64,000 nucleotides of DNA, taken from the NCBI RefSeq assembly GCF_009914755.1, contig NC_060932.1. One strand, written 5' to 3'. This document shows positions 31,655 through 47,689 of the stretch, piece after piece. This stretch comes from the human T2T-CHM13v2.0 reference genome, Homo sapiens. The notes under the pieces are model-generated. The model was not told the DNA's origin and ran no database searches. It worked only from the letters and a program-made list of their open reading frames with translations. A program made the position numbers and the translations under genes. The first letter of the stretch is position 1, and each line of letters opens with the position of its first letter.

Positions 31655-32000
31655 AACATTGCCTGATAATGGCAAGAGTAGGGGTAAACAGACACTACTA
31701 CAAACTGCTAGTAAGAAAATAAATTGGGAGGTCTTTTGTGGAAGGCAATTTGACAATTTATCCTATGGAAATACCTGAGGAGGCTTGTAAAGAAATGCTA
31801 TGATTATAATAGTCACAGCACCGATTGTAACAATGCATATTGCAACCAAATGACATACAATTATTTGATAAATTATAGTATATTTATGCAAAGGAATACT
31901 ATATAGTCACATACAAAAAAAATGTGTTTATACAAGTATATTCAGTAGAATGGAAACTGCCTAGAGTAGACTGCTGGGTGAAAGAAGCACTTTAGGAGGC
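31655..32000 (+). mobile_element. Old L1ME fragment
   Basis: GGAAGGCAATTTGACAAT...ATAAATTATAGTATATTTATGCAAAGGAATACTAT resembles L1ME 3' region. Confidence 0.6.
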
Positions 32001-32564
32001 AGTGATGATATTCCTGCAAAAGAAAGTACATGTGAGTGTTTGCACGTACATGCCTGTGGTGTACATATCAGCATATGAGCACACAGATCACAATCACCAG
32101 GAATATCTGAGAGGTAAAATTATCAGTGATTTTAAATTTTGCCATTGATATTACATGTGTAATAATGTACGTGTGTATTTTGTTTCTAGCTTGCCATATG
32201 AAATAACCTTTAGATATTGGGGCAGGAAGTGCGTAGCTGGGATGTGATATTCCCACCTCCTTTAACAGTGTGCTGGTTACTTAGGCCTCATTCTTCTAGT
32301 GTCATTCCTGTTTTGGTTGCAGGGTCACCTATGCCAGGGCCCCAGCAGGTACTCCTGGCAAACCTCACCAAGCTGTATGGTTTCACCCTCCCACCCCCTC
32401 TGTATGCGCCATAGGCTGTTATCTGCTGTCTAGTTTCAACTACCTTTCTCAGAAACTCTCATTTCCGTATGAAAGACAGAAGGGAGATCAAAAGTGTGTG
32501 GCTGGTTTTATCTGTTGTCTCTCTCCTAATTCTACTTTTAACTACTGTAAAAGAAGTGGAATCT

Positions 32565-32853
32565 GGCAGGGCATGGTAGCTCATGCCTGTAATCCCAGCA
32601 CTTTGGGAGGCCCAGACAGGCAGATCACTTGAAGTCAGGAGACCAGCCTGGCCAACAGGGCAAAACTCCGTCTCTACAAAAAAATACAAAAAAAACTAGC
32701 TGGGTGTGGTGGCGGGCACATGTAATTCCAGCTACTCAGGAAGCTGAGGCAGGAGAATCCCTGGAATCCGGGAGGCGGAGGTTGCAGTGAGCAAGATTGT
32801 GCCACTGTACTCCAGCCTGAGCAACAGAGCGTCTCCAAAAAAACAAATAAAAA
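32565..32853 (+). mobile_element. Alu (AluS-type)
   Basis: Alu dimer with small deletions; TSD AAGTG[G/A]AATC. Confidence 0.92.
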
Positions 32854-33325
32854 AGTGAAATCGGAGTTAATGCCCCAAAGGCAGCATATATTGTCTCAGT
32901 GCTCCATTAATTTTAACTTAATTGTTCTGGTACTACTCTTTAGAGCTGTTTATTTAGTATTTGTTTCTGACTGATGAATGTGAAAAAGCGAACATTCTTA
33001 TTAGATAACAGGTTTGCCCGGCTATGACCGTACTCTGCACAGAAGACTATGTAGGCATGACACATACACAATAGGTTTTAAGACAGAACAATTCCATTAA
33101 AATTGGAAAAACTCAAATATGGTTGAAATGCTTATTAAAGAAGAATACACATATTAAAAGAACAGGCAATTTTCATTACTGATGCTATTTCTAAGCCTAT
33201 CCCCCAAATTCAAAGTACAGCAATTATTATTGACATTGTTATACCAACAATGAAAATAATATCACCATTTCTGAGAACCTCTATGGACCAGGTCTATGCT
33301 CAGTGCTAAAAAAATAGATCATCTC

Positions 33326-33635
<310 letters not shown>

Positions 33636-33943
33636 TCACTTACAGTCCCCATTTTATTGATGAGGAAACTGAGGCCTAGAGAAGTTAAGAACATCACACA
33701 GCAAGTTGGTAAAGCTGGGTGTTGATGCCCATGCTTGTAACCCCTGTACATCACCCTTCCTCAATCAAATCATCAGGACCCCTCTCTGAGGTTCCATTTT
33801 AGCACTTAGAGACCCTGGTGATTTTTTAGTCTAGTTCTTTTCAAGCTGGACTCCACGGAGCTCTTGATGCCATTTGGGCAAAGGGGGGCAAGTTTAAGGA
33901 TCAGGGGACTCCACTTTCCTCTTCCAGTTGAAGTGCTCTGTGG

Positions 33944-34245
33944 TTTTTATTTTATTTTATTTTTGAGATGGAGTCTCATTCTGTTGCCCAGGCTGGAGGG
34001 CAGTGGTGTGATCTCGGCTCACTGTAACCTCCGCCTCCCAGGTTCAAGCAATTCTCCATCCTCAGCCTCCGGAGTAGCTGAGATTATAGGCGCCCACCAC
34101 CATACCCAGCTAATTTTTGTATTTTTTAGTAGAGATGGGGTTTCACCATGTTGGTGAGGCTGGTCTCAAACTCCTGACCTCAAATGATCTGTCCGTCTCA
34201 GCCTCCCAAAGTGCTAGGATTAGGTGTGAGCCACCACGCCTGGTC
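33944..34245 (-). mobile_element. Alu (AluS-type)
   Basis: Antisense Alu; TSD TCTGTGGTT. Confidence 0.94.
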
Positions 34246-34282
34246 TGTGGTTATTTATTTCAGATGTTAGACTTGCCCATGA

Positions 34283-34643
<361 letters not shown>

Positions 34644-35140
34644 TAGATTACTGTATTATGGATGAGGAAACTGTAATCTAATATCAAAAGTATGACTGGG
34701 GTCTAGAGGGTCTTCATTTTAATCTGCATTTGCTAATGAGGCATATTTGACTGTGTCTAACTCAGTTTTCCCCTTGGCATAAAGACTTGAGTAATGGTTT
34801 TTTGTTTTTTACTTTATGTCAACGCTGAGGGAGGACGAATAAAAGGGACTGCAAAGCACTTAGTGCACAGTAAAGTCCTACATAAGCATTTGTGGCGCCT
34901 AATCCCAGCACTCTCCGGGGCCTGCTCCTGAAGCTGGTCACAGAGAAGGAAGGTACAGACAGACCAGGGCCTGCCAAGACACAACCAGGGCGCTGAGCAA
35001 CCTACAGGAGCGGGCAGGCACGTAGCTTGGGCGAGCATGGAAAACAGACAAAAGCGTCATCCACAAATGGAGCCAATCCTATACACGAGGACCAGTCGTG
35101 GGCTCCTAGCTTGTTTCAGCAAACAGCAGGCATTGATCCA

Positions 35141-35276
35141 GGGCAGGGTGGGAGGGCCCACGGCCTCTGAATTATTAACTTCTCCTGTTCCCACGTGAAC
35201 TTCACCATCAGTGCTTACACCACCACCTGGCACCGTTCGGAGGGATTTTCCACCTTCCTCTGGGGAAAGTGAAACT
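35141..35276. promoter_or_regulatory. Candidate enhancer: G4 motif, E-box, NF-kB site and ISRE
   Basis: GGGCAGGGTGGGAGGG 35141-35156; CACGTG 35192-35197; GGGATTTTCC 35242-35251; GGAAAGTGAAACT 35264-35276. Confidence 0.45.
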
Positions 35277-37897
35277 TATATGGAGGAATGAAACAGAATT
35301 GACTTCTGGCTTCTCTTTGAGAAGGCTTCCTTCTTCCACAATTGCTTCATCTTCATTTTACAGAGGAAAACGTGGATGGCTTTGAGGCCAGTTTTATGAT
35401 ATTTATGGGGCGGATTTTTGAGGAGTATATGGGTTACCCGAGCCAAGAATTATTATAAAGGAGCCTCCTAAGCCTGAGGCAGAGAGATCTGTTCTGTCTT
35501 GTTAAAAGGGACCACAATAAGTTATTAATTCCATTTAGGATTTGAGGCAGAGGAAAGGGCAGACATGATTACACACAGATGTGTGTAATCCACATAAACT
35601 AGGAAATAAGCCACTCTTGTGGGTAAATTCACTTGATTCCCAGCTACAGACAGGTAAAATGTTCTGTCTCTCCAACTATGGCCAAACGATTTAGCAGTTT
35701 GTTCAGAGCTCAAACACATAAATTATATATACTTGACATTTATCCAAAGTCACTTTTTTCTTTCTTTCCTTTAATTTCTTTTGAGGTAATGTTTACATGA
35801 AAAATATACATCTGCATCCTATAATTTTTAGGCATCGACTACTGTGAATTAAACTTGATCAGCTCTATTTAAAGGGGGATGTTTATCGCTTAAGTGCTGG
35901 CACCACAAATTGTCCTGAAAAAGCACAAATCATCACTAAGTTCAGAAACTTTCCAAAAGTTGATGACACTTTCACCACAATCTCCTGAGGCTCACTTTAG
36001 GGTCCTTCACAATGCGGATAACTTGGGGTTCCTAGAAAGGATGGTCAAAAGTTGCCTAACTTGCAACAATGTGAGATTAACATCTTAATCATTAACTTAA
36101 ATGGCATTCCTGACTATTCTGTGAAAAGCATTGCCTCAAGAACAAATGATGAATAGAAAGGAAGTGATAGCCTTAATTCTTAAAGAGCTCAAAGTCTAAT
36201 GGGGGATACAAGATAAACAAAAGCAAGGACACAACCCTATTGGAAGCAAAAACACAGAGTGCAAGTAATTATATCTGAGTAATTAGCCTCAAGTAATACT
36301 GGGAAGGCAGGCATTATCTTAGCTTCACTTTGGAGGTCAGCCAAAATCCCTATTCATCCCTTCGTGGGCCTCTCATTTAAGGAGGACTTTTCCCAACTGC
36401 TATCAGAGAACAAATATTTGGAGGTGATTTTTCTGCCTCCAGTGATGAATGAGGAAATACCTGCTCCCCGTCTCTGTAATCAGTCCATCAACACTCTGAG
36501 ATCTTGGGGAGGTGTATGTTTAATTTATATCCTACCTCTTTCCAAAAAAGATTTAAGGTAGCTTACAGTAAAGGCTCATATGCCTAGGGCAATGTAAAAA
36601 AAAATAAGAAATATCTAAATACATTATAGTAAGAAGAGATAGAGGAGGGTGCTCTGAAGTAGTAGCAGGTTGGTCTTGCAAGGAAGCACCAAGTTTGGTT
36701 GGAAGTATCTGGCATGCACAGCGAGGTGAGAGGCAGAAAGAAGTCATTCTGACTGCCCTTGCCAAAAAAAAAAAAAAAAAAAAAGGAGTAGTAACAATTT
36801 ATGAGATGCTAACTTTACTTATCTTAAGTGACAGAGAACAAGGTCAACAAATGTTCACCCTGCTCAAGCAGCAGGTTGTATTCTTATATTTTAGGATCAC
36901 GGACTCCATTCAGAATCTAAGAACGTTCTGGACCTATTTCCCCCATAAACTCATAACCATACAACTTTACACATAGTACCAGGGTTCCATGAACCTAGAC
37001 TGAATACTTGCTGTGGGAGTTCTCTGTAAAGTTGAAATTTGTATAGGAAATCCTCAATACTCATTTTCACTGAATGCATAAAAGGTCACTAGTTGAAGCC
37101 AGACATCTCAAAGTAATCCTTTGAGTGTGGTTTCTTCCTCCTGCCATGTATAGCCAACAATGGCTTGTAGCCAAAAATGGGATCATTCCACTTGAAGGAA
37201 CTTGACCAAAACCCTAGTAATTTGTCTTGGTCTTCATTTTTTCCCACTCTTTATCTTGGGATGTGCTTGCATTCTTATGCTGAGATATTTTTCCTGTTTA
37301 TCTACTTATGTTTTGGGTTGTTGGTTTTTAATTCTTGGCTTTCACATATTCTGCATCTTAAATTCTCCTAATTTACTGTGTAATTAAAACACCCATGCAC
37401 ATTTGTTCTCAATTAATAGAGACAAATTATTCCCCAGTGGAAGACAACTCTATTCCAACTTGAAACTGGAAGGGCAGATAGGCCTGAATTTTAAATGTTG
37501 TCTAACGACTCTAATATTCTTTGTTGAGAGTATTTAAGAGATAGGTTAATGTATCCTTGGGAGACAAATATTCCAAAAATCTCATGCTAACCCTCAGAAC
37601 CAGATGATTCTGCAAGTTCCCAATTTTGTAATCCTTATTAAGTATATTAGGAATTTGTTTATAAAATTATCCTCAGAAGGAAGATAAAATTAAGCTGGAT
37701 AAAATAAAAGGCAGTTGAAACCAGTTAAATAGCCTTTAGTTTGAATACCAAATATTCATGTAAAATCGATGCATCCATCATAAGCCTACATACTTATGGC
37801 TTTAGAAATATTTGAGAGCATTAAAAAATAATAATGGACCAGAGAGAAAGTTGACATATTTATAATCCACAGGTAAGTCTAATATCAGTACCTAGTT

Positions 37898-37995
37898 TGT
37901 GTGTGTATATATACACACACATACACACATATACATATATATACATGTATATATGATATATAAATATAATATATATACGTATTATATATCATATT
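37898..37995. repeat. (TG)/(TA)/(CA) compound microsatellite
   Basis: Read directly; includes a 24-bp palindrome at 37898-37921. Confidence 0.85.
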
Positions 37996-38385
37996 TGTGC
38001 AAACATTTGGAAGTTATTCATTTAAGCTTCATTGTGAATCATTTGCACAATTACAAAATAGATTGTAATTAGAGCTCAACTATTTCATACATAAGTAATA
38101 ATATGATGGAAAATACTCAACAATATAAAACCTGGTAATAAAGAGACATCTTACTAATTAAGATTTCAAAGGGATATTTAGAAAACGAAAGAGAGAAAAA
38201 GAATCATTCTTGAGGATCTGCTAATCTGAGAAACTATCCTAAGTACTTTATTTAAAAGACTTCTTTTAAGCCCAATATCAGTCTTATTTGACAAATGACA
38301 TTATGCCCATTTTTAAGACAAGATAACTGGGACTTAGGGAGGATTAGATGGCATCCAAACATTCTTCTAAAATTACTAACAAGGA

Positions 38386-38710
<325 letters not shown>

Positions 38711-40171
38711 TCACTAACAAGGAAAGTTCTAGTAGTCTTGCCATAAAGTCAACAACACATCTTTGGAAAGGCCACAGACCTTTCGACCAGCAGCTATTTC
38801 AAGTAACTGATTCTCAGCTGGCTGGTTGTAACAGCCAAATGCGGATTTACACTGAGTACTTTGTTCAGGGTTCAACACATTTTACATCAGATAATGCCTG
38901 CTGTTCCCATTTTTCCTAGAAATGGGGTATGAGTACAATTCCTGTTTATGTAAACTCCTGCCACAATGAACCTTTACTTGGTCAAGATAGGATAACACGA
39001 GGGCTAAAGGAAAGAGGCCACAATAGGAGAAAAGCTATCTTCTGCCAATATCAGGGTCAAGTCCAAATTGTCCCTTTAGGGCTTACCCTGATAGAACCAG
39101 GGATAAACACATTGGGAGAAGAAATGAGTTTAAAAACAGGCACAGAAAGAGATTTTTAAAAATAGGTATATTGGACCATTAGAATAGATGGACTATGAAA
39201 TGTACACAAAGATGTTATTCAAGTTCACCTTGATTGTTTTACTGGGTCCTAACCAGGAGCTTTCTGTAACTAGACTGGGCATATCACCCTATCATATGTT
39301 TAACAGGTGGACTGTACTGGCTTTCTACATTGTACTCCATGAAGAAACAAAAATTTTTTTTTTAAAAGTTGTAAGTTTCTATACTTATAACCAAAGAGGC
39401 AAATTATATTTTGGGGGGAGCCTTATTGATTTTTGGACCCCAAATAAGATAAGGATTAAATCAATGTCAGAAATAATAATATGAATACACATTAGTTAAA
39501 AAACCTAATTGTATTTGAGATCATTTCCTTATGGAAACCTTTTCTGAGAGCTAATCAATCCCTCTGTAAAAGGAGAAAGTGAGAGAAGAGGTAATGTTTT
39601 AGAGTGTTATCGTGACTGGTTATTTTAAGGGAAGAACAGAAATAACTTGGCAACCAGGAGTCAATAGGAATGGAAGTCTTTCTGAAATGATTTGTATATT
39701 TCCCTACCTAAATTGGCCTCTTTTACTCATCTATCTTTCACATGTTATACAAAGCCTGTTTATGAAAGTGAGAATATAGGTTCAGGGTCTCACAGCAAAT
39801 GGGATAATGGCATAAGCAGACTCCTGTTTTTGTGATTTTCTCAAAAGACATTTCATATTTTGTAATTCAGTAACCACAGCACCAATTTCTGAGATGTAAA
39901 CTTGATTCATGTATTCATTCATACATTCATACAAACTAGACCCTGGGAACACAAGGGAAGAATGAGTCATGGCTCTGCCTTCATGGAAGATACCTGCTGC
40001 CTATGGAAAAAGACAAATAACAAGAACCAAAGGAATTATGACTGTGATAGAGACATAGACAAATGACTATATACAAGCCACTCTTCTGGCTACTCTTGAT
40101 TTAGAAATTATCCTCTTTATGTAGACCACTTCCTCTGCTGGTAGCACACTTAATAGATGACGTGGACTATG

Positions 40172-40468
40172 TCAGGTCTATAAGCTACAACCCATGGCCA
40201 AATCTGGCCTGCCACCTGTTTTGGTACAGCCTGCAAGCTAAGAATGATTTTTACACTTTTAAAGCATTAGGAAAAAAAAATCAACAGAAGAATAATATGT
40301 GAAATTCAAATTTCAGGTTCTTAAATAGTTGTATTGGAACACAGCCACACTCACTCATTTATGTAAGATCTATAGTTATTTTCAAGCTACCATGGCAGAA
40401 TTGAAGAGTTGTGACAGAGACCATATGGCTCACAAGACCAAAAATATTAACTATTTTGCTGACCCTGG
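40172..40468 (+). mobile_element. MER58B (hAT-Charlie)
   Basis: CCCATGGCCAAATCTGGCCTGCCACCTGTTTTGGTACAGCCTGCAAGCTAAGAATG...TATTGGAACACAGCCACACTCA...GTGACAGAGACCATATGGC...TTTGCTGACCCTG. Confidence 0.85.
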
Positions 40469-40928
40469 TTTAGATGGTTTGGACCTTATCTAACATAAGA
40501 GTAAATTAAACCAATGTCAGAAATTATTAGTATCAGAACACATAAAAACACAGCTCCTAGTGGCTTCCAAAAGAACTAATTCGGTAATTACCCTAGGAAA
40601 ATCACCCAGCACACATCAGTCATAAAAATCCTGTTTTTAAATACACATCACCACATTCTGTCTTTATTAAATAGCATACACATTACTGGTATAGGTAATA
40701 AATTATGAAATACTACAATGTTATCTGAATACAAAGTTAGTGTCAAATTACTTTTAAAATATAGTTGGTTCATACTTGTTCAAAAACTATTCGGCAAACA
40801 TTTACAGAGTAGTACTGCCTTCCAGGTAGCCTGCTAAACAGCAGAAAAAGGAAGATGAGAATGACAGTCATTTAAGGAATCTATGTTTAGAAGGAAAATA
40901 TAATCAACCCTCAAAAAATATGGTGAGA

Positions 40929-41209
40929 CACCAGGCGCAGTGTCTCACACCTGTAATCCCAGCACTTTGGGAGGCCAAGGTGGGCAGATCACTTGAGGTC
41001 AAGAGTACAGCTTGGCCAACATGATGAAATCCCGTCTCTACTAAAAACACAAAAATTAGCTGGGTGTAGTAGTTCATGCCTGTAATCCCAGTCACTTGGG
41101 AGGCTGAGGCACAAGAATCGCTTGAACCAGGAGGCGGAGGTTACAGTGAGCCAAGATCATGCCAATGCACTCCAGCCTGAGCCACACAGGGAGACTGAAA
41201 AAAAAAAAA
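40929..41209 (+). mobile_element. Alu (AluS-type)
   Basis: Alu dimer with poly(A). Confidence 0.93.
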
Positions 41210-42213
41210 GTGGATGAGAAGGCATTTCATAATAAAGCCTCAATATTCTTTTCCCCACTTTCAGTTTTGCATTGGCTTAAATGAGGTAAGCCATGGAAAA
41301 TGGAAGATGGATTTGTGTAGACCAAAGAAGTTCATGAATTTTATAGTAAAATAAAGGTTATTCATCAATTGACATATTATAAGCCATATTTTGTAAATGA
41401 CTGAATAGTAGAGTTAGAAAGCCAAATATTAAATAGCTTTCAATATTGCCAAGAATGTCTGTGTTTTAATTATCTTAATTAATTTGCCTTTCTTCTTTTC
41501 ATTCACTTTCCCCACTGTGTCCAAATAACGATTCCCTCTTTTGTTGCTCCAGTCTTCCAGGGATTTGTAGACTGTCACCTTATTTTGAACTCTGATCCAG
41601 CTGGCTCCTCAGCTGTCACTTAGCCAACTATACCAATTATATAGAGATATATAGTTAGATAGATAGATATACATATATATACATATATCTGCTATAATCT
41701 TTCCCTATAAGACCATTCAGCTAGCATAACCATGCTAGACTGCCATTCACTGAATAAAACCTAGTGTTTTACATTGAATAGGGATACATCCTAAAGGCTG
41801 GGACCCCAGATTATAGGAGAAATGATCATTCTGCTCCCATGATTCTGCAAATGGTTTTTCTTAGCACTGTGAGCCCCAATGAAGCAAACAGCCTCATCAA
41901 GTACTCTCTCAGCTACTCTGCTTTCTCCACTCCACCTATCTCGTATCTAATCTGTGGGTCACATGTATGGTGACAGTGCCACCGTGGAAGACTCAAATGC
42001 TTATGACTCAATGTGCCAAACAACCAGCGCCAAATTACTGAGAGTGAATGATGCCTCTGCTCCCATTTCAGATTAGAGTGTGTTATGCAGCCATGTAGTT
42101 GGGTCATCCCTGCAACTGTTTTATCACCTCTCCCATTCTTTAACATTTCTTATAAAACCAATATATTATGATGCCTTCAATATTGTCATAATAATAATAC
42201 ATACAATGTATTA

Positions 42214-42396
<183 letters not shown>

Positions 42397-42519
42397 TTAC
42401 CGAAAGATTATTATGTGCCTGGCACTGTCTTGCATGCTTTATATGTATTAACTCATCCGGTTCTCACAATAATCTTATTAAGTGCTATTATTATCTCCAC
42501 CTTACAACTAAGGAAACAG

Positions 42520-43000
42520 GCTGCAGTAATCCATTTCTGGTCTTGTTCTTCCTTTCTAGAAGAATCTCTCCTGTGTATCTCCTCTCTTCCCAGGGGCTGT
42601 TTGCTTGACCCGCGACTAATGGAAGCCCAGCTCTGACTGCCCCTCAGGGGATGGCTCCTGACTGCCCTAGCTATCCAGGGTACTGCTATTCTGCCAGTGA
42701 ATGATTTAAACAGAGAAGCAGAGAGGAAGTCCACTAACGGGTTCCAGGAAAGTCTCTTGCTCCTAAGAGGAGACCCAAGGAGGAGACTAGAAGTTGTCAT
42801 ACTCTGATGTGATGTCTACAGCTGTCTTGCCCCCATAAGATGTCCATTTGTGACCCAAACTGGCATGCTGAGATGGCAAAGTGAAGAAAGGTAAAGTGTC
42901 TAAAACTCTAGGGATATGACTGAGCCATGGACTGAGCCAACTCTGAAGCTCCCCTCCCACTCTATTCGTTGTTATTTAGATTATATATGTCCTTGCTAAA
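42520..43000 (+). mobile_element. Possible old MLT1 (J/I/L-like) LTR
   Basis: GCTGAGATGGCAAAGTGAAGAAAGG..ACTGAGCCATGGACTGAGCCAACTCTGAAGC resembles MLT1; heavily diverged. Confidence 0.45.
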
Positions 43001-43190
43001 TGATACAAACAATGAATACAACTGAGGTTCAAACCAGCCTATATTTGGAGTCTTATTTGTAATCCCACCTATACAAGGATATAATTCAAAACCCCATTAC
43101 GGTTCTGCAAACACTCTGCATCTGTGAATTATTCAAAACAAATGCCCTACCAAGAGCATAACACCATCCAACTCATATGTGGGGGGGACC

Positions 43191-44383
<1,193 letters not shown>

Positions 44384-44646
44384 TGAGTGTACCCCAGGCA
44401 TGACTGGTTCTTACATTACAATAAACAATACTCAAAAAGATGGAACATTAACATAATGAGAAAAGCAGCAGCAGATTTAAAAATCAAAATGATTTTAGAG
44501 TATTTGCTGTTTACAGATAATCTGAGCCTCTGCCATCTATTTTAAGCATTATTAATGAATGACAACAACACACACAGGAAAAGGAGTGAAAGTGATAACT
44601 ACGGATTTTTTTTTAACAGCAAAAAAAAAAAACAAGTCGGGGATCC

Positions 44647-44761
44647 CAGACGCTGAAACAGGAGGCCCTTGGCACGGGCCTGGCTCTGCCCAGAAGTAAT
44701 CACTTCCACTCACTGGACCTCAGTTTCCTCACCTAGAAGATCAGAGGGGTTTATAAAAAGG
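44647..44761 (+). repeat. 115-bp dispersed direct repeat, copy 1 (MIR-derived)
   Basis: Matches 45943-46057 with 5 substitutions and no indels. Confidence 0.95.
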
Positions 44762-44904
44762 ATGTGAAACTTGAATTTCCTGACTACTGGTGGAAGACTC
44801 TGACTACCATTCTATGAGAATCTACCAAATGATTCCAAGGAAGTATTTCAACATAGAGGAAAAGGTTCCCTTTGCTTTCTCATCTTAAACTCTAAAAAAA
44901 AAAA

Positions 44905-45188
44905 TTTTTGAGACAGTCTCACTCTGTCGCCCAGGCTGGAGTGGTATGATCTCGACTCATTGGAACCTCCACCTCTGGTGTTCAAGCAATTCTCCTGCCT
45001 CAGCCTCCCAAATAGCTGGGACTACAGGCACGCATCACCATACCTGGCTAATTTTTTTTTGTATTTTTAGTAGAGACAAGGTTTCACCACATGAGCCAGG
45101 CTCCTCTCAAACTCCTGACCTCAGGTGATCCGGCTGCCTTGACTTCCCAAACTGCTGAGATTACAGGCATGAGCCACTGCATCCAGCC
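44905..45188 (-). mobile_element. Alu (AluS-type)
   Basis: Antisense Alu dimer. Confidence 0.92.
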
Positions 45189-45942
45189 TTAAAATTATAA
45201 ATTAAATGGACATATATTCCAAGGAAATCCAAGCTAGGTTTCCTTAACCATGAGCATATATTCCTGATGGGGGAAGAGGAGAGAGAAAGAAGGAGGTTCT
45301 GGGAGTGCAAATACACCAGAGTGGGCACAAGATACCCGCCTCCGTGAAGGAGGCACTACCAGCTGGGGCCTGGAAAATGTTCTGCCCAATTCAATCCCGT
45401 GACCATGAAGTGGCAAGTTTGAAACATGTTGTTTCACTTTTCCCAGGCTGTAACAACAGAGTCATAATTTCCTTCTTAACTGGAACCATCTGATAGTTCC
45501 GGGGAAGCAGTTCATGGCACGTTCTCTTTGCTTTGTGTCTTGGCGACAGCACTGTGTTAAGAGTCACCAAGAGTTACACACACAACGAGGGGAAGAGCCT
45601 CAAAAGTGCAGAGAAACCACAGCAAATATTAAAAGCAGAAGATCTCATGTGTGTGTTTTAAGAGTTTTTTACATCACCCCCTTATTGCTGATATTTTTGG
45701 AAGACTGCTAAAACAAGATGAAAGCTGAGGATTGGTTAAATTCATTACTTTTGACTAAGTTGCAAACTATGCAACCAGCGAAACAGTGCTACTAAATTAA
45801 TGCCTCTAAAGAGATGCTGGGGCCTCTAATAAGCATCCAATAACTCCCTGAATGGCAGTGAGTTCATAATGGCCCTTCCCCCTGGCCTCTCGGCCCGGAA
45901 TAAACAGGCTGCAGGTCTTACGGAGGGAGCCCCAACGGGAGA

Positions 45943-46057
45943 CAGACACTGAAACAGGAAGCCCTTGGCACGGGCCTGGCTCTGCCCAGAAGTAATCACT
46001 TTCACTCACTGGACCTCCGTTTCCTCACATAGAAGATCAGAGGGGTTTATAAAAAGG
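45943..46057 (+). repeat. 115-bp dispersed direct repeat, copy 2
   Basis: CAGACACTGAAACAGGAAGCCCTTGGCACGGG...GGGGTTTATAAAAAGG. Confidence 0.95.
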
Positions 46058-47689
46058 CAAACTCCTCAAGGTTCCCCCAAGTGCGTTTTTAAAACAGTAA
46101 AACCCTGCCTTGCTTACACACCCAGCACAATCATTTGAGATGTTTTCATGGGGCATTCAAACGTTTTGTACTTTAAGAAAAATTTTTAATGGAGGGTTTG
46201 GGCTGGAAGGAGTAAACAAAGTTTATTCTTTTCCTTCTCTGTGTCCAGTTCCCAAAGAAGATAAAAATGCTAATTCCAGCTCAAAGTTGAAAGCATATCT
46301 GTGCAGTTCAAGATACTTAACTATGTTTCAGTTGAAATGGACTTCCTTAAAGATACACTTGAGATAAAGTTATCACCAACAGATGTTGAGGTGATCTTAT
46401 CTTAACCAACTCAAACAATCAGCTCATTCTTAAAACAGAGTTAATGAGACTGGTAAAGGTGGAACCTAATGGTTATTTTGGAAAAGGAGGGAAGAGAACA
46501 GTATTTAATGCCTTTAACAAACTGAATACCCACCTCAAGAGTTCCTGTTACCAAGTCTTTTTTTTTTAATAAGTGCACTTTCTCTTCAAAGGTTTAGAAA
46601 CTTATTTAAATGGAGACTAACATAAAGTAGGGAAGAATGCCTCAGGACTTTTCTCAAGCATAAATTTCTTTGTGAACAACATTCATCTCATAGGAAAGCA
46701 TCCAGATGTTGAAGGTTCACAGGAGAAATAGAAACAGAATGTATGGATAGAGCCTAGAAAATGAAATCTATAGAGCTACATCATCACACTTCCCATATAT
46801 GACCCTAAACCTTCTAAAATGACCTTGACTTCCCGAAAGAGCCAAACATGTGTCTTGTCTCACATTTGAATTAAATGTGTCACTTCTCCCCTCCAACACC
46901 AAAAACAATTGGATAATGAAGAAACATTGACACTGAATCCACATAGAAATGAAAACAAGACTAGGTCATCAAAATATTTATCTGAATCACATCTAAACTA
47001 AAAATAATCTTTCTATTTAAATCATTCTACTATAATTTGGTTGCTTAATTGCTTTCCAAATTAAAGCAATGATAATAGTGAACTAGAGTCTAAAAATTTA
47101 ATATCAGAGAAACACAATAATCAAGTCTATTAAATATTTATTGAGCATTTACTATGTACCGAAAGGCACTAATTTTACTACCTGCACATAGAACTAGAGC
47201 ATTCTTTTCAACTAGCCTAAGCAAAAGTATGTAATTTACTAAAGTTAAATTATTCCATTGAAAACAGATTCAAGGCCTTTTTTTCTTTCCTAAATATGCC
47301 ATTTCTCTCACAATTCTTGCACTTACCATCTCTGGCTCCCCTACTAAACATTCCCATTTTACTCCACATGCAAAATCTCCTTTCTGAGGCTACTGAGAAC
47401 AAGCAATAGGTTGGGTTTTTCTGCACTGATCCTAGTTACTTCCCTTGACCAAACAGTCCAGGTTCTAACTGCAATCACTAAGGGGCCCTTGTTTGAACTC
47501 CTAGGAGGTCCAACTCCACACTTCCTCCAATTAGCATCACATTGGACCTGAGAAATTCCAACAGGTTGTGCACAAAGTGAAGGAAAGAGAAAATGGCTTA
47601 AGAATGGCTAGTGCCTGTGAAAGCTGCATGCCTTAGGGAAAGCTGGCCAAGCGACAGGCAGCTTTTCCCGCAGGAGACAGAACTCTCCT

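Noticed and set aside
34860-35260. Possible CpG island or promoter
   Set aside because: CpG and GC content are only modestly raised over a few hundred bp by eye, so it is kept only as a candidate enhancer.
37806-37878. Plus-strand exon candidate ending in CAG|GTAAGT
   Set aside because: It has stops in all three frames and a weak acceptor; consensus donors occur by chance.
37898-37995. 24-bp perfect palindrome and AT-rich inverted repeat
   Set aside because: A trivial consequence of adjacent (TG), (TA) and (CA) microsatellites.
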